A stretch of DNA of 64,000 bases from an uncultured virus (IMG/VR IMGVR_UViG_3300042400_001066) (taxonomy: Duplodnaviria; Heunggongvirae; Uroviricota; Caudoviricetes): the IMG/VR virus record IMGVR_UViG_3300042400_001066, one strand, 5' to 3'. The translations under genes and the position numbers were made by a program. Positions 30,401 to 40,600 of this stretch are shown here, one piece after another (position 1 is the stretch's first letter; the number at the start of each line of letters is the position of its first letter). The notes under the pieces were generated by a model, which worked only from the letters and a program-made list of their open reading frames with translations, did not search any database and was not told the DNA's origin.

Positions 30401-33400
30401 CTAATTTCCCCACTAAGAATATCATGATACCAATGGGGACTCCTAAACTAGCGGAATTAGGATATACCATACAAGACTTAAAAACATTACTTGCTTTAAT
30501 TGATATAAATGAACTTACTAAAAATGAGGCTAATGCTGAAAGTATTTATACTAATTTTATAGGACAGTTAGATGCACTTATTAGAGATGGCAAATTAAAA
30601 GACCCTAAATTAAAAGATTTACAATTTTTACTTTCTAGTGATTTAGGTGGACAAGAATTGACTTTAAGAGCATCTTCAACTCAATTGAACATAGATAAAT
30701 TAGATGCAATTTATGCTTATAAAGATAAAGAAGATAAGGAAGGTGTTTTAATAAACTTTCTTTTAGATAGAATTATCACTATGAATGATGAGACTTTAGG
30801 GAGTCATAAAATAGAGGTAAATCCTGAGATACTTTTTGCTGATAATGCTTTAGTATTAGACAATATAAAAGCTAAACCTAAACCTAGAAAACAAGTATTA
30901 TCTTCTACAGTTTCAAAAAATAAAAATACTGATTTAGTTAAAGAAACTTATTATGAGTCTTTCATGACTGAGTCTGAGGATGGTAAAAACTATGTATTCT
31001 TCCATAAGTCTAATGCTACTCCAGAAGAGTTGGCTGGAGGTATAGACTCTCGTAGGTTTACTTCTCTTAGAACTTCTCGTACTGAGAAAGGTACTCAATA
31101 TGGGGTAGCTTCTTATTATACATTACCTACAGATGGGGAAAGAATGGTGGGGGGAGAAACTTATACAGTATCAGTTCCAAAGAAAAAAGTATATCCAATG
31201 GATTCTGACCCTAATGGATATAAATCAGCGGCAGAAGCTATGGTACCTGAAAACACTCCTTTTAGAATGGAGAACATTAAAAAGGAAATGGTTAGAATGG
31301 CTGCAGAAGATGGATATTTAATGGCTGTAGGTATGTGGTATTTTAATCCATCAGGAAATCCTATGTCAGGACCTGCTTTAAGGGCAGATGCTATTGTTTC
31401 CTTAGTTCCACAATCTATAACTTATAGAAATGCTACGGAAAAGCAAATTGACCATCCAATGAAAGAAAGAATACAAGCACTGGATGAGTTGAAAACAATA
31501 GTATCTAAATTTGAAAATGAAAGAAACGCAAATCAAGATTATAAAGAAGGGTATTTTATGGCACAAAATACGAGAGTTGGTAAAATAATTCCTTCAAATG
31601 TTCAATTTGACACCATGGTGGCGGGTTTACCTGAAAGCATGAATAGTGATATAGAAAGAGCAAGAGAGTTGGTAAATATGCTTAATGAAGTAGAAGAAAC
31701 TCCTTCTGCTAATAGTGAAGTTGCTTCTGCTACTATGAGTGAGGTAGTTGGGAGATTAAAAGAAACAGGGTTGGCTAACGAGGTCTTTGAAATGTCTAAT
31801 GCAGAGATTGAAGAGAAATTAGTTGAATTTGGTGCCGATAATGTTACTTTTACAACTGCAGGATTTGTTTATAATGGAGATGTTTATTTGAACATGGATA
31901 ATATGAATCTTGATACCCCTATACATGAGTTCGGTCACTTATGGTTATCTTGGGCTAAAAATAATCTTGGAGAAGCGTATGCAAGAGGTTTAGAATTAGC
32001 TAAGTCTTCCGAGGCTGATCCATATCGTCAATATGTAATGGAAACTCAACCTGATCTAAAAGTTGACAGTGATGCGTTTTTAGAAGAGGTATTGGCTCAA
32101 GCGATTGGAGATAACGGAGCTAGACTAGTGGAAGAAAATAGTACTAAAACTAAGTCTTGGTTACAAGAATTATGGGATGCTATTGGCCAAATGCTTGGAT
32201 TGTCTCAATTTACTGCCGATCAGATTATGGATATGACTATAGATGATTATGCCAAAGCGGTAGCAGTTGATTTGTTGTCAGGAGTTTCTATAAACAAAGA
32301 CGAAGTAATTCAATATGAAGAATTAATGAGACAAGCAGTGGCCATAATAGAAGGAAAAGAATCCCTTAATAAGTTTGGATTAACTGATAGTAAAAATGCA
32401 ACAAGAAAAGTTGGAGAAGCACTTCAAGCTAGACAAAGAGCTAAATACGGTACTATTGACCAGAAAGACAATTCACCAGAAGCAAGAAAAAAAATATCAA
32501 ACTGGATGGTAGATGAAGTAAAATATTTTGTTAATTTAATGGGTGAAAAAAGTGGCAAAGATTGGTATGGTGAATTATATCAAAAATCTTTAGATACAAT
32601 GGAAAAAGTATTTCCAGAAATGAAAACTGATCAGAATGCTAGAGATTTATTTACAATGCTTGTTGCGATAATGTCTGATGGACAGAAAGTTATGACTAAT
32701 TTTAAATTAGCTTCATTTGCCTATGACTATTACAAGAAAAATGGAGTAATGCCTAAAACGGTTCCTGGTCAAAGAATGGCTTCCTTTGAAAACAATCTAA
32801 AACGAATAAATGATTTATTAAGTGAATACAATGGAGATATAGCAGCTATTAAGAAAGACTTAATGAATGTTAATTCTATTGAAGAAATTAATAAAAAAAG
32901 GAAGACAGAAGGACTAGATCCCTTAACTACAAATTGGCCTACAAGCTTTAAAGCTCCATTTGCATCATCTGTTTTTGGGCCTAAACTTGGGATGTTCTAT
33001 GCAAATTTATCGGGGAATGAATCTTATCCTACACTAGACAGATGGTGGTCTAGAACTTTTAATAGGTACCGTGGTACCTTAATTCCTGAAGTAAATAGTG
33101 GGTTTACTAAAAAAGGCGAAGCTATTGGGCTTGATAGACTTAAAGAGTTATTAGGTACTCCAGCAATGACAAATGAAGAAGCTTTGCTTGCTGCCAAGTC
33201 TTATAGAGACTCATACGCAGCTAAAGGGTATAGAAACGGGTCTGATATTGAAAAAGCAGCAAATTCTATATATAAAGCAGCTTTTGAAAATTTAAATGAC
33301 GTTCCTTTTACTAAAAAAGACCGTCAATTTATGTATGACACAATATCTGAGTCAGTTAATAAATTAAATAAACAAGGCTATGATTTAACTATTGCAGATG

Positions 33401-34488
33401 TACAAGCTATTCTTTGGTATTTTGAAAAAAATCTTTATAAAACTTTAGGGGTTAGAGCTAAAATAGAAGGAATTAGTTATGAAGATGCCGCAAATTATAC
33501 CTATGATAAGTGGAAAAAATCAGGAAATAAATTTGATTATACTATTAGTCAAAATGAAGAGGGGCAAGCAGTAGAGGATGCAGATGAAGTTATTGAAGAA
33601 GAAAATGCAGAAATGAAATTTGAGGAAAATAAACAAGTACAAAAATCTGTAGTAGTAGCTCCAGGAAATAGATTATTTAATAATCCATTATTAGAGGCTA
33701 CAACAATTGCAAATAAATATAATGAAGAAAATGGTTTGGCACCAATGGTAGACAACACCATCACTAAAATTGACAAACCTTTTGCCACTAGACTTTCAAA
33801 AACTTATGATGAGATGGTAGCCACCCCTTTTGAAGAAGAGACTCAGGAGGCCTATAAAGCATTAGTTGAAGAAACGATTGCCCAACATAGAGCCATTTTG
33901 GCAGAAGGGTATAGAGTAGAAATGAGTACTTCTGAATACGATAATGCTCAAGAAATGATTGATGATTTGAGAGAGAATAAAAGAATGAAAATTTTCTCCA
34001 CAGAGGCTGGGTTTGGTGACACCCCTATTACAGAAGAACAAAGAAAGGAAAATCCTTTACTACAAGTAACAGAGTTTAAAGATGCAAATAATGTTCCTCT
34101 ATTAGCAAATGATGTTTTCAGATTTGTACATGATTTCTTTGGTCACGCAAAACTTGGTAATGGATTTGGACCTGTAGGGGAAGAAAACGCTTGGAGAGTT
34201 CACGTTCAAATGTATAGCCCAACTGCTAGAAAAGCTATAACATCTGAAACTAGAGGACAAAACTCTTTTGTTAATTTCTCAGGAATAAATGATGAAGCCT
34301 TTAAAGTAAGAGACGAGGCAAGAAAGCTAAGAAAAGAGGGTAAATTAGCCGAAGCTAAAGTCCTTTCAGACCAAGCCTATAAGATGATGAAATTTGCTGA
34401 CCAAAAAGTAGGAATATTGCCAGAATGGGCTTATAAGATTCCTTCAGAAAATCTTGAAGATACTACTACAATTCCTGACTGTGTCTAG
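24466..34488 (+). CDS. Giant polyvalent ejection protein (degenerate PD-(D/E)XK, ART-like, zincin, HhH-like and HDxxGH domains)
   Basis: 3340 aa. N-terminal EF..IRSKYPQY..IDD; VVDNEGNVHLIDFKS (~29095-29140); FFHKS..ASYYT (~30990-31120); DTPIHEFGHLW (~31915-31945); GPKLGMFYANL..PTLDRWW..QAILW (~32975-33420); FRFVHDFFGH..GEENAW..ETRGQNS (~34120-34270). Confidence 0.7.
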   Translation: MTRTEFINSIRSKYPQYNNIDDNTLFNKIIEKYPVYKNKITDTQTPQQQTTQQQTPIQQTTVPPKQEEPGFFEGVKNFLFGDEEKKPKAELISEKFEEPNLKPETPYPFTKTTPITVLDKEYEQKIKAVEDKYNKLQEDPSNYAAYIPSRFAIFGAEPLVKTYKVDYTGQKEQEILNLKAEKLRREGRNLTPIEQEQDIINYKNKIQANKTTIETRAKEKKSYLDEIRKVAGGDSPSLSDILNVRENLSDINKNVSNIFKSVKNTWDYNTKVDDDISQAETLKNENQKFLDYVKKGVNPFKNAPYNDAEAMKKAGSYIDPSIESGSKKAREKIGEITTKWFPTAENQTDNRKYGSIDILMQVWNPLIAKAFQKFTKTESFKGLTAEQLEKPAIDKSYNLAAHNLDNSLTPLYDKIQSEIGIPKSEVIGKIDPYLTAKKQVEEGAYPNIGKLSENDIKLFNNPDFQKIADTYSKSAITTIREGKWRLLSLANVDLYNQEKANAFGTINKVENIGRKEAIRTAILDKNVEEQGVLSKAGFDKALYNTAWTALKAGDFTKNQTAAAAQIGTQLATAPFRGGEAYTPEWTENIINNTDLFDNLTQQDSHFKLSIFKDDKYIDRTLPTGDIVKVQYTPEGDILNAFGGGMEYTINNPEVMKWLANDFETNKDEILANGKSLWETEGGKAVFLENVWNSMAPEIVEEMPSLLVGATAGKIAGALIKGAANERRLAQGAEFMINVGTNMTEQYPSIYKKYQEAAQDKDNPFPALATSGALALGTLFTSTLQSKAIGLTGNDINKVIMPEAIEATAEAVKIINKEFAKIPDITLREKLANAAIRKVMFQNIMSSSGRFLKTTGRVGAEEATEEVVLEPLINVAANFINEKITGDKAYNQETLKDLNFLNPDVAITSFLTGGTLSTGMDLVKSMSTKGPFSKEDYLKTAFENEATFTSMVDIMTQSGNNKFSEADQAKMMTDYNALKASYNARKSELGVNDEALATLNFANPVIKGFVKSIGETEQSLDKINSGRTFDNAIIRQSLNERELAEKKIALDEEAAKGNISVSPEGTYKIVGSNPLSQELGKQISEYEQLQLSNNNLTSFIDTFNKETKPVQKQYIQELNQVTSEAPDLIYAKNSKEGNYAYKAVSNAIMDKQMAMSQLEKTNAEIETAVIDGTDTKELQVQKQNLEKAIKASDKTITTLKKQYKAGRVNTQNETINRFNEFRTASLVLQDKLQSMAGVDATDEEIEQSEINDAYADYLDAYKALKKSNSTLKKEYGVEVFDSKFTPISLEEFQASKNNIKEKNALSKKLAENKGTLGDVERLIGLEYTTGTKQPKDRVQVTAPRNKEDIKAILDDKEQVYEYAKRLGFNNKKSYAQTKKAVRTYLNKQLSTQDETRLEGVSAVFVEKTPRQVNGNPMFEVEGALYKPAGYSVSPTMMTQEERNTVLTNAVISEIAKQVFNNSLLLTPYNVSQIINKVIIESGFDTEVGIDNRSLQFIAETILALKADLDAKGFAYKFNDDVVISKLSEDEVRGYDGIATTPILTVVDNEGNVHLIDFKSFSAGNYAASASGWSNNLTEIQAIFQDNGITVASINVLPIRVDNTSTTQNGLTNLSIGKNSFNTIPNNDNAISRTLLQLATSTPILTTLKEEGLLTQEEVESFDEIPLDEADAPITPADKLKEDSLVVLEPETPTTTEVPVTVTEKNMKAEDKNKATKDTPKEVIEGETPKGVFAGLGKGVYIQVKETDGGFYMITIFGDTDLANNIGKKRKSLEDVRNIYKANNWFAPKTFKGTGVYQLRYADTLTPVLSKNYVEFVQPNGFSEVINDVAVAADIIGTEVEIVENNENGNNDKDEVQKDFKNKASLSIVNANGEKIAMVPPNSPLRENLKITNKKGLNRLEPTIATIKDIKFNNFNRKPYELFSEWEKKALASGVLVPGEYEMVYIGVENKTPVFKNQNGVVVPGRVPKNPELGSVYLFITNFPTKNIMIPMGTPKLAELGYTIQDLKTLLALIDINELTKNEANAESIYTNFIGQLDALIRDGKLKDPKLKDLQFLLSSDLGGQELTLRASSTQLNIDKLDAIYAYKDKEDKEGVLINFLLDRIITMNDETLGSHKIEVNPEILFADNALVLDNIKAKPKPRKQVLSSTVSKNKNTDLVKETYYESFMTESEDGKNYVFFHKSNATPEELAGGIDSRRFTSLRTSRTEKGTQYGVASYYTLPTDGERMVGGETYTVSVPKKKVYPMDSDPNGYKSAAEAMVPENTPFRMENIKKEMVRMAAEDGYLMAVGMWYFNPSGNPMSGPALRADAIVSLVPQSITYRNATEKQIDHPMKERIQALDELKTIVSKFENERNANQDYKEGYFMAQNTRVGKIIPSNVQFDTMVAGLPESMNSDIERARELVNMLNEVEETPSANSEVASATMSEVVGRLKETGLANEVFEMSNAEIEEKLVEFGADNVTFTTAGFVYNGDVYLNMDNMNLDTPIHEFGHLWLSWAKNNLGEAYARGLELAKSSEADPYRQYVMETQPDLKVDSDAFLEEVLAQAIGDNGARLVEENSTKTKSWLQELWDAIGQMLGLSQFTADQIMDMTIDDYAKAVAVDLLSGVSINKDEVIQYEELMRQAVAIIEGKESLNKFGLTDSKNATRKVGEALQARQRAKYGTIDQKDNSPEARKKISNWMVDEVKYFVNLMGEKSGKDWYGELYQKSLDTMEKVFPEMKTDQNARDLFTMLVAIMSDGQKVMTNFKLASFAYDYYKKNGVMPKTVPGQRMASFENNLKRINDLLSEYNGDIAAIKKDLMNVNSIEEINKKRKTEGLDPLTTNWPTSFKAPFASSVFGPKLGMFYANLSGNESYPTLDRWWSRTFNRYRGTLIPEVNSGFTKKGEAIGLDRLKELLGTPAMTNEEALLAAKSYRDSYAAKGYRNGSDIEKAANSIYKAAFENLNDVPFTKKDRQFMYDTISESVNKLNKQGYDLTIADVQAILWYFEKNLYKTLGVRAKIEGISYEDAANYTYDKWKKSGNKFDYTISQNEEGQAVEDADEVIEEENAEMKFEENKQVQKSVVVAPGNRLFNNPLLEATTIANKYNEENGLAPMVDNTITKIDKPFATRLSKTYDEMVATPFEEETQEAYKALVEETIAQHRAILAEGYRVEMSTSEYDNAQEMIDDLRENKRMKIFSTEAGFGDTPITEEQRKENPLLQVTEFKDANNVPLLANDVFRFVHDFFGHAKLGNGFGPVGEENAWRVHVQMYSPTARKAITSETRGQNSFVNFSGINDEAFKVRDEARKLRKEGKLAEAKVLSDQAYKMMKFADQKVGILPEWAYKIPSENLEDTTTIPDCV

Positions 34489-34551
34489 GAACTAAATACC
34501 CAAAATAATTGTTAAAAAAGGGAAATTAAAAATTATTACTTACTTTTGTAT

Positions 34552-34585
34552 TGTTTCCCCTCCTTTTGGTAGGGAAACATTTTTT
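34552..34585 (+). terminator. Intrinsic terminator-like hairpin between the two giant genes
   Basis: TGTTTCCC/GGGAAACA stem with a 12-nt loop and T6 tail, immediately preceded by TACTTTTG (34541-34548). Confidence 0.6.
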
Positions 34586-34603
34586 ATAAACAATGTATAA
34601 TAT

Positions 34604-37600
34604 ATGGCTAAGTGCTCATTACCTAACGTAGAAAAAAGATTTAGAGAAAGTAACCCCCAATTAGCGGATAAGCTTAATGATATTGGCTTAAAGGTATTTG
34701 AAGATATTTCTAATTCAACCCTATTTGACAGAAAAGAGGGTAATTTTGTATTTAACGAAGAAGGCACTGAAGAAAGAAACTCTCAGAATGACTTTGTCAC
34801 TAAATTAAATACAGATTTAGGTGCCGAAGTAGTAAAGGCTTTAGAAAATAAAGTAAGTGTAGATGTCCTTCCTTTAGTGACAGAAGAAGATCTGATAGCG
34901 GTTTCTCAAATTGAAGGACAAGTTAACCCTGAATTAAAAGATGTGGAGTTGCAATACAATGATAAAGGGGAACATCTTGCACCTAATGGTAAGCCAAGTA
35001 ATTTATCTGAATCGGAATCTAAATATGTAAGGTCAAAGGGGTTTAAAGATAAATACGGAGATTGGGAGAAGGGGCAAGAAGCTACTAATCTTTTGTTAGA
35101 TAAAAAAACAGGTGAACCACTAAAGGTTTATCATGGAGTTAAAAGTAATCAGAAGTTTGATAAGTTTGAAAAAACAACCGATGTAGGGTTTCATTTCTCT
35201 CCAAATAAATCTATCGCATCTGACTTTGCAAGAAATGATGAAATCCGTCAAAGGTCAACAGAAGACGGTGAAATGTATGAACCTGTAATATATGAAGGGT
35301 TTATAAATACGAAGGATATTGAAGGCATTGAAGATTTAGAGTTATGGACTGTTCCTGATTTTAAAAAGTATTTAAACGGGCTGGCTAACGAAAATAATAT
35401 AAATTGGGAGTATGATACGAGAAAAGACAGAATACAGAATACGAGAGATTTATATTCAAAAATAAAAGGATTTAATCCTGATTTCAAAGCCTTACAATAT
35501 TTTAATGAGTACGAAGGAAGGTTTGCTAAAGGGAGTAAATTTTCTTACATTTTGTTTAACGATGCAGACTTTATAAGGGTTGACCAAAAAGCAGTAGAAT
35601 CCCTACTATCTAAAGAACAAACACCTGCATTGGAAGATGTAGAAGAATTTAAATCTTCAGAAGAGCTACCCGACTCTTTTTTAACATTATCAGATTTTGA
35701 AGAACCTGCATACACTCCTACAACTCCAGAGACACACCCTGAGAGAGTAGCACCCTTAGCCCCTGAGCCTACTAAATCTATCCCTCAACAGTGGGCTGAA
35801 TATACTAACTTAAAAGATAGAACAGATTTAACTCCTGATGAAGAATTAGATTTAGCTGTTTATAGAGCTAAGTTTGATATGTTTGACAGTCCTTCTCAGT
35901 ATGAGAAAGTTATGTCAGACCCTACACCTAAAGCTTTTGTTTCTTTTAGAGAAAAGAATTTAGAAAAATTATTACTTAGCTTTGCTGACAAATTTGGTAT
36001 CACAATTGCCAATATTGAAGATTTTCAAAAACAATACTTTGAAAAGACAGGTAAATTTATACCTGCTAATGGGGTGGCTAATTTGTTTGAAAAAGTTATC
36101 TATGTTTCTGAAGGAAATACAGATGCTCTTACCGAAGAGGTGGCTCACTTTATTATAGCTATGTTGCCTAAAGATGGGGAGCTTTACCAAAACTTAAAGC
36201 AATACATCTCAAGAACAAGGGAATATGAATTGTTTTATGACAAGTATTTGGCCCAGTATGACGGAGATGTAGATAAGACAGAGGAAGAGATAATGGGTAA
36301 AGTGTTTAAAAATGCTTTACAAGATAAAGAAGAAACGGTGCCTTTATCAGTTAAATCTGTAGTAAAAAGAATTATAAACTATATTTCTGATTTATTTTCA
36401 GATGATAAAATGGAATACTTAAATTCCTTAAATCAGTTGAAGAAAATGTTTTTCAGTGAAAATTTAGCAGAAGGATTGGATGCTGCTAATATAAATTATG
36501 ACGAACTATACCAATTAAATTTCGAGATTACAGGAAAGGAAAACGATGCTGTTTTAAATGAAAGATCTGAGAAATTTGATTTAGGTGCAAATCTCCTTAT
36601 AGAAAACTTAGAAAATACCTTGTCTAATATTAGACAACAAGCTATAGAGTCAAACCAGAAAAAAGCCTTAGACTCCTCCAATTATTTATTAAATATATTG
36701 GCTAAAAAGACTGAGCAAGATGCAGATAAAGCAAAGATTTTATCTAGTATGGTGGTTTCTTCCGTTGCTACTATAAGACGTTTACAAGATTCTTTCAATG
36801 AATTTGATAAGTTAAATATACCTAAAACATTAGAAACAGATTTTAAAAGAGATAATTTAATTAAGTTAAGCTATGATGACTATAATAAATCATTGTCAAA
36901 ATTAGCGAGTTATATAAATTATTTACAATCTTTATACTCTCTTTCAAAATCAATAGAAAGCACTTCCAAATTAATGAAGTTAGAGTCTAATGATATGATT
37001 GCATTTAAAAAAATTATTTATGATTTAGACCCATCAATAACAGAGAACGATGAAATTATAAAAGCTTTCGATTTATTAGATGGGGAGGGAGTTAAGGTTA
37101 TGGCTGCAAAGATAGAAAGCATTTATCTTAAAAATGTAAAACAAATTTTAGATATTTATATGTCTGCTTTGAGTACAGAAGACCAAAAAAGATTTTTAAA
37201 TTATCAAAATGAAGTTGATTTTGCTAATACAGATGCAAAAACTATTGCAGATAAAAATAATAATATAATAGACTATTCTAAAGGAATATTTAGCAATATA
37301 AAAAGTTTATTTAGCAAAGGAATTACTCCTGTAACCATGCAAAATGATACATTTATACAGAGTGTAGATAGATTTGTATCGGCTATGGAGCAAATGGGAA
37401 AAGAAAGAGCTTCTAAGGAAGTTGCGGAAGTTCAAAAAATTGAAAATAGATTATATCAAAATGGGGCTAACGCTCAGAATCAAGATTGGCTTTCAGAAAA
37501 AGATGATAAAGGGAGGTCTACAGGCAACTTAATAACTAAGTTAAATTTCTCTAAATACGCCAATTTAGCAGCAAAAAATCTAAAAGATAAATTGCGTAAC

Positions 37601-40600
37601 CTACCTTTTGCTAGTAATGCCCAAATCCAAGGTTTACAAAAAATAGCATTTAACTCTCCTAAACAAGTATTTGATTCTCTTGGAGAATTATTAAAAGATA
37701 ATAAAATAACTCAAGAAGAATTTGACCATGCAAAAAATTATTTAATGGCTGAAAAAGCTTTATATGATTTAGAGCATACCACTCCAAATTATACTTCCAC
37801 TACACTAAGTAACAATAGTTTAGATGCGTTAAGAAACTATATTGACAGAAATATAGTAAATGTTAGAGAAGCATTAAATGATCCAAACTTTGATTGGACA
37901 AATGATGAAATAGAACTTATTTCTGATGACTTTGGGGATTTGGAATCTGCTCTGGAAGAGTTAATATCCGAAAAAAGAGCATTATTAGAAGAAAAATATT
38001 TTACTGTAGATGAAGATAAAAGAGTTCTGCTAAAAGCAGATGGTACTCCTGACTTAGACAAAAATGGTAATGAAAAATTAAACCCTATTTATAAAACTGA
38101 ACTTGATTTTGTAGAAGGACTTCTAAATAAATATAAGTATAAAATAGGGTATGCTACAGATACTGATGGAAATTTTTATCCTGATAAGATAAACATAGAT
38201 GTATGGGGGGATGAATTTTTGTTTGAATTATCCGACTCTCACCCTGATGCTAAAGAATACGCCAACAAAGAGTACTTAGACATAGAAGAGAAGGCTGCAA
38301 AAGGAGATGCTCTAGCTGTGGCAAAGATGGACATGGTTAACTACATTAAAAAATGGAATAAACAAAATAACCTTCCTTCTAATTCTTTACCTAAAGGGTC
38401 TAAAAAAGACTCTGAGTATTTACAAATGTTTGGTGACAAAAGATTTATAAATATTTTTGGAGTAAATTTTGATGTAGCTAAAATAATTACTCAAGTAGTA
38501 ATTCCTTTTGCAGGAGTGGCAAACACTCCAATGCTATTTGGAATAGCGGCAGGATTAGTAAATCCTTTGACACTAGGAGTATCTTCTATGATTTTTTCAT
38601 ATTTTTTCTACAATAGAATAGCAAATCAAGTTGTTAAATTTATATCAATATATGTAGATACTCGTGGTAGAATAAATGATGTTAAAGGTTTGAAGAGAAT
38701 GGCAGTTGCTTTAGCTAAGTCATTAGGGGTTTATAACAAAGCTCTACAGTTTGAGCTGAACAAAGACGATAATATTATTAGTACAGGAGACCCTGAAAAG
38801 TCAGAATCTGTGATAAGTAAAAGGGTAGACCTTTGGCTAAAGAATATGTTTCATAAGATTTTTCGTGCTGTAGATGCAAAACAAGCTAATAAGAAAAACA
38901 AAATAGACGTTATTCCTAGAAAATATACAGAATATATTGAACCAGCGTTACGTTCCACCCAATACTTAGATAATTTTAAATCTTTCATATACGCCAATAA
39001 AGAGTATGAAAATAAATCTATGTATGAAGGAGCTATAAGAGCTATGAATGATTTATATAGAAAAAGAGAGGATAAAGAAGGAAATATTATTGGAGACGAT
39101 TATTTAGAGGCTATTTACATTGATAGATATTGGTATAATAAAATATATCCAAATTCTTTTGCAATGAAATTTATTAGAGTGCTGGCAGCTCAAACAGGTT
39201 TCAACCAATTGACTGGTAATATTAATACGGGTGTAAAGAATATTCTTACAGGTATTAGTATGATTTCAGCAAATGGTGGGTTATTAGCCACTATGCCTGC
39301 TATAAAAGATGCTACAATATACTCTCTTAATATGCTTTTATTAGCAAAAGGGAAGAATTCACGGGTAGCTCTTGAGCAAAATAAAATTCAAATGATTAAA
39401 AAACATTTGAGATCAAGTAGTTTTGGGGGCATTGTTGACTTTGATTATTCTGATTCTTCATTGGTACAAAAATTAAGGCTGAATAACGGAAAAATAGTAA
39501 GTGAGTTAGGAGAGTCTTTTATTAGTAGTGTTCTTGTATATAAATTTTTAAGAGACACAAAACTAATAGATGAGAATGGTAAAAAAATTGACATTATTAA
39601 GCATCTAACCATAAAAGATGGAAGGCTTTCCTTTGATGACAAGGTTGCTAAGAAAATATATTTCAATAATATTAATGAAATACAAAAAGCAGAAGACCTA
39701 CAATTAGATCCTGGGTATGTAAAAGACATCAATCTAAGGGCAATTGTACCTAAAAATTTGCAGAAAGAGGCTTTAGTGCCTTTAGAAATAGATTTCTACC
39801 TTAATAGAACCCTACTCCAAAACATAGATTATTTTAGACAAAGGTCTCAGGGTGTTTATAATATATTGTTAAAACCTAGAATATCCACTACTGCCATTGG
39901 TACCGCTTTGTTTATGTATCAGAATTATGTATTACCTGGAGCATATACAGCACTCGGGAGAAAGAAAAATAATCCAAACTTAGAAGGTAGTGAAGAAGGA
40001 TTTATAATTACACTAGCTAAAGTGTTAGGAAGAGGTGTGGGCAATAGATTTAAAGATAAATTATCCCCTGATAGTGTCAATAATATTATGAGACTAAATA
40101 ATATTAAAACAAAAGGATTGTTAGAAGACTTGGGAGTATTATCAAATGTATTTTTATATTTCTCAAAAAATAAAAATATAGTTACACAATCTTTATTAGA
40201 AGCTGCAGAATCACAAGAAAAAGCAATAAAATTTGCAGAAGAACAAGATGCAATTGTAGCTCAAGGGGGAGAGAGAAAAGAAGGCCCAGCTTATTATGCA
40301 GGATTTAAGGGTAAAACTAAAGAAGAAATCTTTAAAGAATTATTGATAGAAGCCAATAAGCAACAGAGATTGAATCAATATGAAGCAGATAACTATAAAA
40401 AAGTGGCGAGCATTTTAGCTATGTTTCTTCTTTTAAAGGCTGCATTGAAATTTGTCTACCCGCCTCTAGAGGAGGAAGAAGTTGCTACATACATGGCTTC
40501 TGTAACTGAAGTTGTATCAAGTGAACTTTTGAGAACTTGGGTTCCTTTTTTAGAAGGAAGACTTGGATTTTCTTGGAATTTTAACCCAGTGGGAATAAAA

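Noticed and set aside
36255..36280. DGDVDK as a possible RNA polymerase DxDxD motif in the 2146-aa protein
   Set aside because: It lies between EEVAH and EEEIMGK of a helical zincin-like domain and lacks the beta-barrel context.
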